Source: Candidatus Dojkabacteria bacterium (GTDB taxonomy: Bacteria > Patescibacteriota > Dojkabacteria > J137). Taken from it: a DNA stretch of 64,000 nucleotides. Under the pieces are notes generated by a model, which did not search any database, was not told the DNA's origin, and worked only from the letters and a program-made list of their open reading frames with translations. The DNA is taken from NCBI GenBank assembly GCA_030950485.1, contig JAUZRK010000005.1:4449-68448 (forward strand), read 5' to 3'. Positions 22,662 to 30,486 of the stretch are shown here, piece after piece (the stretch's first letter is position 1; each line of letters opens with the position of its first letter). The translations under genes and the position numbers were made by a program.

Positions 22662-23707
22662 TCTCTAGTCCTTCTTTCTCTTTTTAAAACCTTAGTAACC
22701 AGTTGACCACAAGCTGCATCTACGTCATCACCCATAGTTACTCTAATCGTAAAATTAATTCCGTTATCTTCTAAAATCCCTGTAAATCTTTTTATATTTT
22801 CTTTTGGAGATCTCTTATAGTCCTCCCCTCTAACTGGATTGAATGGAATTAAATTAACATGATGTAATCTATTCTTCATTAAATCAACTAGCTCTCTTGC
22901 GCTTTCTGCTGTATCAGTCTTATCTTTAATCATTATGTATTCATAACTAACTCTTTTGTTTGTAAGTTCTACATAGTTATCAAGTGTTCGCATTAATTCA
23001 TCTAATTCAAACTTTTCGGCTACCGGCATAAGTTCTGCTCGCAGTTTTTGATTAGGCGCATGTAAACTTATAGCTAGCCTTCCTCTAAATCCAGATTCAA
23101 ATAGCTGGTTCATTTGGGGAATAAATCCTGAAGTAGAAATCGTTATCCTTCTTGTACTCATTCCATATTTATCTTCGTCAGTAAATACATCAATTGATTC
23201 AAGAACGCTTTTTAAATTAAGCATTGGTTCTCCCATTCCCATAAAAACTATATTTGTAACTTTTTGGTCTTCTAAATCCAATTTCTTTAGGTACCTAGAT
23301 GCCCAAAGTACTTGATCTACAATTTCTCTTGCGTCTAAATTCCCGTTAAAGCCCATCTTCCCTGTTGCACAAAATCTACAATTAACAGGACATCCAACCA
23401 TACAACTTACGCATACAGTATTTCTACCATCTCTATGACGCATCAATACAGTTTCTATTAATTTCCCATCTTTTTTCCTTTTGAATAAAGCCTTAATTGT
23501 ATCTTCTCTTTTAGAGACGATAACTCGGGCTTCCTCTAACGTAAAAAATTCTACTTCTTCTTTAATCTTCTCTCTAAGATCTTTAGACCACGTAGTAATA
23601 TCATCAAAACTAAAAGCTATATCTTTATAAATAGCTTGGTTAAATTGATTTTCTCTAAATTTTGGAAGCTTATTTTTTTCTACAAATTCTTTTATCATTT
23701 TATTCAA
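22658..23707 (-). CDS. rlmN: 23S rRNA m2A2503 / tRNA radical SAM methyltransferase
   Basis: CPVNCRFC, MGMGEP, LAISLHAP, YEY, AACGQL. Confidence 0.93.
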   Translation of the reverse strand: MNKMIKEFVEKNKLPKFRENQFNQAIYKDIAFSFDDITTWSKDLREKIKEEVEFFTLEEARVIVSKREDTIKALFKRKKDGKLIETVLMRHRDGRNTVCVSCMVGCPVNCRFCATGKMGFNGNLDAREIVDQVLWASRYLKKLDLEDQKVTNIVFMGMGEPMLNLKSVLESIDVFTDEDKYGMSTRRITISTSGFIPQMNQLFESGFRGRLAISLHAPNQKLRAELMPVAEKFELDELMRTLDNYVELTNKRVSYEYIMIKDKTDTAESARELVDLMKNRLHHVNLIPFNPVRGEDYKRSPKENIKRFTGILEDNGINFTIRVTMGDDVDAACGQLVTKVLKRERRTRD

Positions 23708-23814
23708 ATATTCAACTAATTATAGCAACATAGTAAGTATTTATCCTATATGTAAGAAATTTTAGAAATGTCTGCTATAATCTGGCGTTACAAAATTTAT
23801 TATTTTTTTTATAT

Positions 23815-24321
23815 ATGGCAGATTCATTTGAAGAAACACAGACCCCTGCAGAAGTATTAGATGTTAAAAGTAAAATGCTCCTGTAGTAGTAGGAGAGTTC
23901 AGAAGAGAGTTTAATAACAGTAGAGAAGATGCTGGTGCTAAAGATTTACCTAAGATTAATGTAATGCGTGAACCATATAGTAAGTATGAAGAAGCTCATA
24001 AAGAGATTTATACAATTTATAATGGTGCTAGAGAAAAATATGTAAATGCTGCAGGCCTTGTCAGAAATGGTTTAAGTGAAAAAAAATGGGAATTTAGCTA
24101 TTACAAACCATTCTGATATGAGATTTATGCTTACTGAGTGTATTAATGAATACAAAAAGTCTGGATTTCCAAAAACTGCTGGAGAACTTGATAATATGCA
24201 AACTAGAGTTGCTTTAATTAGTTTTAATAATCTTGTAGATTGAAAAGATGAGTTAATAGGAGTTACAGAGGGTAGAGATGTTTTAGAAAACGAGCTCACT
24301 GAACCAGAAGCTTTAATCTAG
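23815..24321 (+). pseudogene. hypothetical protein (~168 aa) with two compensating A-tract frameshifts and an in-frame TGA (24241)
   Basis: MADSFEETQ...; reading restored by shifts at ~23873 and ~24082; span 507 nt; TGCTATAAT upstream, terminator downstream. Confidence 0.55.
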
Positions 24322-24375
24322 TTTAAAACTAATATTTAAGGTTTAACTAAGCTTGTTATATAAATACAAGAAATT

Positions 24376-24406
24376 AAAAGAGGATCTTAAAATAAGATCC
24401 TCTTTT
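24376..24406. terminator. bidirectional intrinsic terminator
   Basis: AAAAGAGGATCTTA-AAA-TAAGATCCTCTTTT between convergent genes. Confidence 0.85.
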
Positions 24407-24424
24407 GATATTTATTACAGAAAC

Positions 24425-24991
24425 TTAATATCCAAAGATATCAAAAGTTGCAGTACAAACCTCAACTTCCTCAACACTACAAGTTACATCAGCTTGATCG
24501 CTTACTGAAGAAGTCTCAATTACACAAGACGCATCTCCTGTAGACAGTGGTAGAGCATCAAATCTAATTCGACCACTAAAATCTACTGAAGTCCAATCTT
24601 CACTATAGCTTCCATCTTCAGTTTTAACTATATTTTCAGAATCATAAACTAAATCTGTAGGGAAGCCTTGATCCATACAATTACCAACCCCGTTCTCAAA
24701 AGTAAAGTAAGCGTAAACATCAGCAGCATCCATTATTCCCAATCCTATTTCAGAAAATGCAACTGGTCCCTCCATAGCTACTACAGCATCTTCTTCGATT
24801 TCATCAATATCAGAATCTGCAGATTCGCTCTCACTTTCTTCTTCATTTTCTACATCGTTTTCTTCTCTTTCTTCTTGCTGAGTTTCATCTTCATTCTTAT
24901 CTTTATCGTCTGAATCACTCATTAAAAAATAACCTCCAACCGCAACTACGGCAAGTATTAATACTGAAACTAAAGCTAATTGTTTAGACAT
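24425..24991 (-). CDS. secreted or membrane-anchored acidic protein
   Basis: N-terminal TM, D/E-rich linker, Cys-containing beta domain. Confidence 0.75.
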   Translation of the reverse strand: MSKQLALVSVLILAVVAVGGYFLMSDSDDKDKNEDETQQEEREENDVENEEESESESADSDIDEIEEDAVVAMEGPVAFSEIGLGIMDAADVYAYFTFENGVGNCMDQGFPTDLVYDSENIVKTEDGSYSEDWTSVDFSGRIRFDALPLSTGDASCVIETSSVSDQADVTCSVEEVEVCTATFDIFGY

Positions 24992-25182
24992 AAATTCAAA
25001 TTAAAATATAATATATAGAAATTTAACATAGTGAAAACTACATTAAAATTATCCACAGATATTTTAAGGTAATGGTAATTACTAGTTGCCTATAATTCTA
25101 TCGGCAATATCAGAAGCTCTATCTCTTAAATTATCAGGTAAAGACTATCTATAGTGGACTTAATTGTATAATTTTAGCCAGC

Positions 25183-25481
25183 CTACATTTCTTTATATAT
25201 CTCATAATCACCATTATAATCTTCTACCATATATCCATTTCTTTGATAAAAGCTTTTAGCTGCCTCTATATTCTCTGAACTAATTGTCCCAGATATCTCA
25301 GAAATACCTCTTCTTCTAGTTGCTGTAACATCTGTGTTCCAAATCCTCTACCTCTAGAATCAGGGTTAACAGTAATTTGTGTTAACCTACAACTAGGTGG
25401 AGAATTATAAGTAGGATCAGCTTCCTCATAAAAACCCCTTATATACCCATGTTTATAATTTAGTTTAAATTGCTGTCTCAT
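25183..25481 (-). pseudogene. GNAT acetyltransferase, frameshifted
   Basis: Motif A VNPDSRGRGFGTQML in the ORF; motif B ENIEAAKSFYQRNGY in another frame ending TAG at 25183. Confidence 0.75.
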
Positions 25482-25580
25482 ATTTTTAAATAAAGTGGTT
25501 GTGGATTATATCATAGGCGCTGAATACAGGCATCTTAATGAGTATGACTTTACTAGAATTCAACTAGAGTATAGTAAGGT

Positions 25581-25730
25581 TTATCTAGATTGCAATTCCC
25601 AATCATTTGCTTGCTTTGTGTATCTTGTTGTCTTTAATGCGTGTCTCTCTAGTCGCAAACCTACATCATAGGTTTGTCCTACGTAATATCTGTCAATTTC
25701 TTTGGAGTAAAGTATATATACAAAATACAT
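25581..25730 (-). pseudogene. truncated second copy of GIY-YIG nuclease (49 aa)
   Basis: MYFVYILYSKEIDRYYVGQT...WELQSR*; near-identical to 25936-26072. Confidence 0.9.
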
Positions 25731-25755
25731 TGCCTTTTTTTTGAAGTGTAATAAA

Positions 25756-25835
25756 TGGTGAGCGCTGAGGGATTCGAACCCCCGACCCTTTCGGTGTAAA
25801 TCCCGAAGGCTTTCGGGACTCTAGTCAGCTGAGCT
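25756..25835 (-). pseudogene. tRNA-Val-derived mimic with palindromic insertion
   Basis: Identical to tRNA-Val(TAC) from the anticodon loop to CCA; CATTTCG replaced by TCCCGAAAGCCTTCGGGA; 5' acceptor strand absent. Confidence 0.9.
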
Positions 25836-26072
25836 TTGAATTAGAAATTCTATATAGCTTCTGCTTTTTTTCTTTTTAATCTCTTTCTCTCTTTTCATTG
25901 CCTCAGATCTTGTTTTATATTCTTCCGTATATTTTAATTCCCAATCGTTTGCTTGCTTTGTATACCTTGTTGTCTTTAATGCGTGTCTCTCTAGTCGCAA
26001 ACCTACATCATAGGTTTGTCCTACGTAATCTCTGTCAATTTCTTTGGAGTAGAGTATATATACAAAGTACAT
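25821..26072 (-). CDS. small stand-alone GIY-YIG nuclease
   Basis: YFVYIL..YVGQT..RLERH..YT..W.L...E...RSEAMKREKEIK. Confidence 0.92.
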   Translation of the reverse strand: MYFVYILYSKEIDRDYVGQTYDVGLRLERHALKTTRYTKQANDWELKYTEEYKTRSEAMKREKEIKKKKSRSYIEFLIQSSAD

Positions 26073-26097
26073 TGCCTTTTTTTTGAAGTGTAATAAA

Positions 26098-26174
26098 TGG
26101 TGAGCGCTGAGGGATTCGAACCCCCGACCCTTTCGGTGTAAACGAAATGCTCTAGCCAGCTGAGCTAAGCGCTC
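26098..26174 (-). tRNA. tRNA-Val(TAC)
   Basis: Acceptor GAGCGCT/AGCGCTC-A-CCA, anticodon arm TTTCG-TTTACAC-CGAAA, GTTCGAATC. Confidence 0.97.
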
Positions 26175-26205
26175 TCAAATACCATTTATTTTAAAGAACT
26201 TAAGA

Positions 26206-26234
26206 ATTATACAACAAGATTAGTTTCTATACAA
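26206..26234 (-). promoter_or_regulatory. sigma-70 promoter of tRNA-Val
   Basis: TTGTAT-N17-TATAAT on the minus strand. Confidence 0.7.
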
Positions 26235-26411
26235 AGCTTTTATAAATTTGATTCTATAACTCAATACAGATTGCATTATCCTAAATTACTTAAGACCCTT
26301 ATCAATGGGCTTAATTTAAAAATTAACTAGATACGTCTTCTAAATATTAGAATGATTGTGAATAGTCACGGGTGCACGAATTGTAAATGCATATATTCAT
26401 TATTATCTCAC

Positions 26412-26669
26412 TTATAATAAGTAGCTTGAAAATAGTGATAAAAGAATTACTACTCCAAGTATCCTACGAAAGTAATTTACACCACTGACTAATTCCATCA
26501 GTGCCCATATTAATAAAAAAGTGTTGGAGATAATAAATAGCTCAGTTTGTTTTGAGTTAAACAATGGAGATATTATTACTAGTCTTACTATTCCCCAGCC
26601 AATTATAGGCCAGTTAGGAAATTGAGCAATTACAATCTTTCCATTTTTATCCCTAAAGAGCCTATCCAT
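26412..26669 (-). CDS. small membrane protein
   Basis: GKIVIAQFPNWP, WA..EL..GVNYFRRILG; 3 TMs. Confidence 0.75.
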   Translation of the reverse strand: MDRLFRDKNGKIVIAQFPNWPIIGWGIVRLVIISPLFNSKQTELFIISNTFLLIWALMELVSGVNYFRRILGVVILLSLFSSYLL

Positions 26670-27358
26670 TAAATTGCAGTAAAGCTTTCGGCAGATTTAA
26701 ACAGATTAGAGATATTTTCACTACCAGTTTTTGCTTTAATCTCAACTATATATGCAGAGTCAGAGTTAAATTTAACAAAATATCTTATATATCTACCTCT
26801 GATATCATTATCAATAAAGTTAGCTTCAAATAGACAAGCTTCACTTCCATTTAAATCTATGTATTTATCATTTCTAATATCAAAAGTATCATAAGCTACC
26901 GAGACTTGAGTAATTATTTCTTCTGAAAGCGAGCTACAAGTACTTCTGGATAGAGACCTTGAACCTGGAAGAGAAGTGATTGTTATACTTTCAGAAAGGT
27001 CTGCATCGCTATCTGCTAATATTTGAACTCTGTCTCCAATTTTAATTTCCCAATTATCTAAATAGTAAATTTTATATTTTCTATTCTTATATGTTTCATA
27101 CCCTATATAATCCTCATCTGAAGTTGCAATGGATTCTTCAAATTTATAATTATATTCAATTTCAAGATCGTCAGCTACATCAATATTTTCTTCATCTTTC
27201 ACGCAGGGGCCATAATCTTGTGCAAATGGACCATGATAAATACAATCACCGCCACTATACAAATAACCAAATGCTACGAATCTAGCAAACAAAAAGCAAG
27301 ATGTTGCAATTATTAGAATAAAAATTCCTTTTAATATTAAAGATAAAACATTTTCCAT
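26669..27358 (-). CDS. PsbP/Mog1-like extracellular protein
   Basis: TM, Y.N..YKIYY..W, LNGSEA, C-terminal SF. Confidence 0.6.
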   Translation of the reverse strand: MENVLSLILKGIFILIIATSCFLFARFVAFGYLYSGGDCIYHGPFAQDYGPCVKDEENIDVADDLEIEYNYKFEESIATSDEDYIGYETYKNRKYKIYYLDNWEIKIGDRVQILADSDADLSESITITSLPGSRSLSRSTCSSLSEEIITQVSVAYDTFDIRNDKYIDLNGSEACLFEANFIDNDIRGRYIRYFVKFNSDSAYIVEIKAKTGSENISNLFKSAESFTAI

Positions 27359-27390
27359 AGATTTATATTATCTCATTAGGGCAAATAAGA

Positions 27391-27426
27391 AAAGAAAGAA
27401 GGAGCAATAATTGCTCCTTCTTTCTT
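27391..27426 (-). terminator. intrinsic terminator
   Basis: AGAAAGAAGGAGCAA-TAA-TTGCTCCTTCTTTCT. Confidence 0.85.
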
Positions 27427-27442
27427 AATTTTGAATGACTAC

Positions 27443-28222
27443 TTATTTTAAGCTAAAAGAAGATTGAACCTTCTCTCCAGCTTTTAAATTATCTCCTTTT
27501 GATCCAGTGTTAGATAGAGTTACTGAATATGCAACATCATCGTTTGCTACTGAAATAATATCTGTATTAATTGTTACAAAGAAAGAAATACTTGCACTAA
27601 ACTGACAAGCTTTATCTCCTCCAACTTTAATTTCTTTAGCATCACTTGTTTCAATTCCTAAATCGAAATCATCTTCAGATATATCAAATGTCTTATCTAA
27701 GAAGTCTTGACAATTACCTTCTAGGATCATGTCTTTATCTTCATCTTTTAGTTTCTGAATATTTACTGTAACAGTGTCATCAAGATCACTGAAATCAATA
27801 TCTGCAGGATCTGTATTTTCTAAAGCCTCTATTTGAGCTGTTGGTTGTAAACTTAACGACTCTTCTCCTGCTGTATCGTCATATTCCCATTCTTTAGGAT
27901 ATCCTATTTCGTATTCTGCAGTTTCGTAAACCTCATATCCATCTGGAATTCCTCCTTCTGAATCTTCACTATCGTCTCCTCCAAAAGCGAAGAAACTAAC
28001 AGCAATAACTAGTATTAAGACTACAAGTGCACTTACAACTCCGATAATCATAGTTGTATTATTATCTTTAACTGTAATCTTCTTTGTATCAACTACTTCA
28101 ACTTTTTCTGATTTTTCTTTAGTATCAGTCTCTTTAGCTTTTGTGGCTTTTTTTTCTTTAGCTTCAGCCATATAAATATATTGGTAATAATTAAATTTAA
28201 AATATGTAACACAATATATCAT
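27443..28222 (-). CDS. PsbP/Mog1-like membrane-anchored protein (probable start ATG 28171)
   Basis: TM, YEIGYPKEW, VGGDKA, SSFSLK end. Confidence 0.65.
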   Translation of the reverse strand: MIYCVTYFKFNYYQYIYMAEAKEKKATKAKETDTKEKSEKVEVVDTKKITVKDNNTTMIIGVVSALVVLILVIAVSFFAFGGDDSEDSEGGIPDGYEVYETAEYEIGYPKEWEYDDTAGEESLSLQPTAQIEALENTDPADIDFSDLDDTVTVNIQKLKDEDKDMILEGNCQDFLDKTFDISEDDFDLGIETSDAKEIKVGGDKACQFSASISFFVTINTDIISVANDDVAYSVTLSNTGSKGDNLKAGEKVQSSFSLK

Positions 28223-28272
28223 TAATACATTGTGAGCGCTATAAATTTAGTTTATCTTGAGTATTATAAAAA

Positions 28273-28348
28273 TGGTGCCGAGGGGCGGACTCGAACCGCC
28301 GACACCCCGCTCTTCAGGCGAGTGCTCTACCAGCTGAGCTACCTCAGC
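28273..28348 (-). tRNA. tRNA-Phe(GAA)
   Basis: GCTGAGG/CCTCGGC-A-CCA, anticodon arm CTCGC-CTGAAGA-GCGGG. Confidence 0.97.
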
Positions 28349-28533
28349 ACATTTTTAAGTAAGCAAAACGATTATAATATAATTTTATTAAATATACTAA
28401 TAAAACTTTCTTCTTAATATAGAGAGATCAAGTATCAGACAGAGTAGTATGAGTATTTGCATGTTAAAGTATATCTATATTAGTATGCATTTATACTAAA
28501 TGGATAAATAAAAACTATAAAATATCAAACTGT

Positions 28534-29085
28534 TTATTTAAATCTATACAACTTAGGTGGTCTATAAGAAACCCCCTCTAAAAGCTCCCCTGTATCTTCA
28601 AGTAAATCTAATGATTTTAATAACCTATGAAAATTCCCCTTCTCTATATCGTAATTTACTAACGATTTATAGATATCAAACATAGACTCAATAGTAAATT
28701 TCTTTCCTATAAAAGCTTCATAATATTGTTTATCAAATTCAGAGTAGTGTTTTACTAAGTTTGATCTAGTAAGTCTTTCAAGCCCCTTACTAAATTTATG
28801 TATACTTCTAAATAACCTTGGATTTATATCAGTCTGTTCAATAGGTATTAACGAATAATAGTATAGAGATAGAGAAGCATTATCTGTTTCCTTAACTGAA
28901 ACAAACTCTGGACTTAGTAATTTTTTTGAAGATTGAGCATCTTTTAAAAAACTATTAAGACTTATTTTCAAACTAGCATCAATTGAATTGTTTATTTCAA
29001 TCTTATTTTCTTCTGATATATAGAAAGAGTTAAAAACCTTATCGTAAGTTATTATAAACAGACTTATCGTTACATCAAATTTCAT
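28534..29085 (-). CDS. NrtR-family transcriptional regulator with degenerate Nudix domain
   Basis: C-terminal wHTH FTI....Y...KGNFHR...TGE...G..RPPKLYRF; no Nudix box. Confidence 0.75.
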   Translation of the reverse strand: MKFDVTISLFIITYDKVFNSFYISEENKIEINNSIDASLKISLNSFLKDAQSSKKLLSPEFVSVKETDNASLSLYYYSLIPIEQTDINPRLFRSIHKFSKGLERLTRSNLVKHYSEFDKQYYEAFIGKKFTIESMFDIYKSLVNYDIEKGNFHRLLKSLDLLEDTGELLEGVSYRPPKLYRFK

Positions 29086-29107
29086 ATTAGGTTTAATTCA
29101 TTAAGTA

Positions 29108-29128
29108 TATTAGTGAATTATACACCTA
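29108..29128. promoter_or_regulatory. candidate NrtR operator overlapping a -10 box
   Basis: TATTA-GT-GAATTAT-AC-ACCTA (GT-N7-AC core) contains TATAAT on the minus strand, just upstream of the regulator. Confidence 0.4.
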
Positions 29129-29148
29129 ATTGTTTGTTTAATAAAAAG

Positions 29149-30365
29149 CTAGTTTAAAAAAGGATTATCCAAATTCTCATTTGTATCATCGTCTTCGTTC
29201 TTTGCCAAAGCTGACAAGAACATAAAAGGAGCTGATGTTGTAAATATGACTAATATTACAGCGGCCTCTACCGAGAGAATGAAACTATAGACAAAGCACC
29301 CATTACTCCTAAAGGTATAACACGGCCTCCGCCTATAAATAAGTTCCTAAATACTTGATAAGAAGCAATTCTATTGTCATATCTCTCATCATCATCTATT
29401 ACTGCCAACAAATAATTAGAAAGCAAAATACTTACGGTTGAATAGAAAATAACTTGAGCGATACTAAATACTATAAAGGTCATGTTATTAAAATTTTTTA
29501 TTAACATTATTGGTAGGGTACTGTAAGCAAGTGCGCTTACTCCAATGATCACCCGTATATGTGAGAACTTCTTTAAGTTTATCTTCCCAAGTACAAATGA
29601 GTAAATAATGTTGATAACTGCTATCAATACTTTTATATTTCTCCAATCATTTAACGAGCCTAATTTTGTAATTATCAAAATGTCTATTAATCCCCAATCA
29701 ACTGAATATGCAATTCCTAATGAAAGTGAAATTAATGCTACGTGTTTTAATTTATCATCTCTCTTTGAATTTTTAAGCAACAAGAAAAGTGCGTTATCTT
29801 GCTTTAAGCTACTAATTTTAAAAAACATTATTCCTATACCAAATAGTATGTATGTAAGACTTACTATCAGTAATGATCTCTTGTAATCAAAGCTATTTAC
29901 TAAGAACTCAATAGTAATTGGTGCAGCAATTGATAATATTGAACTTAATATAGTTAGATATGAAGAAAATTTAACTCTCGTGTCTTTATTAGTGACAGCC
30001 TGATCGACTATAGGAAAAGCAGTCATTCTTATGCTATAGGACATACCCATTAAAACTCCAATGAGAATATAATATTTAGATAAATCTTCGAAGTATATGC
30101 TTGAAAATAATCCCGTAGCTCCAAAAGTTATAATTGAAATCAATACACTTAGTTTAGGGGAAAAAATATGAACTAATTTATCGGCAATAAACAAAAACAT
30201 GAATAAACTTGAAACAGCTGATAAATTAAATAATACACTTCTTTGGAGAGATTCGCCCTCAGACCAAATACCAAAATTTATAAGTACATAAAGGACTCCG
30301 GTTACAAAGGCCAATAAATTACTAAAAATTAACCAGACTAAGCCTTGATTTTTGTTATTTTCCAT
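29149..30365 (-). pseudogene. MFS-like transporter, frameshift at ~29275 separates the last TM
   Basis: Multi-TM ORF; alternative frame SVEAAVILVIFTTSAPFMFLSAL...* after a TCTCTC run. Confidence 0.65.
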
Positions 30366-30486
30366 TTAGTTAGCACTAATAATACAATTCATATTAATAT
30401 AAATAAAACTTAATTGTAATACTGTCACTTTCTTTATCAAAACTAGTCTTAAATGATATACTAACTTAAGAAATTAAAACTTTATA

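Larger units (their letters stand above)
25594..26166 (-). repeat. tandem duplication with 342-bp period (tRNA part + spacer + GIY-YIG)
   Basis: 25594-25800 matches 25936-26142; the D-arm segment 25819-25835 matches 26150-26166. Confidence 0.95.

Noticed and set aside
22658-23707. Cfr-type resistance methyltransferase
   Set aside because: MGMGEP, LAISLHAP and YEY are RlmN-type; Cfr has MGMGEA, LTFSLHSP and IAY.
3596-24243. UGA recoding (genetic code 25 or 4) suggested by in-frame TGA at 3596 and 24241
   Set aside because: Long conserved genes contain no internal TGA. TGA ends the TrmH gene (9617) and the ThrRS-like gene (37146) at expected positions. An in-frame TAA also occurs at 306, so these look like mutations or errors.
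25756-25800. attR of an integrase-type prophage or island at tRNA-Val
   Set aside because: No integrase or phage genes are present, the repeat is only 342 bp away, and it includes the spacer and the nuclease gene itself.
25756-25835. Functional or intron-containing second tRNA-Val
   Set aside because: The 5' acceptor strand and 5' anticodon-stem strand are missing, and removing the hairpin does not restore a cloverleaf.
28232-28417. 61-aa ORF
   Set aside because: Antisense shadow of tRNA-Phe.
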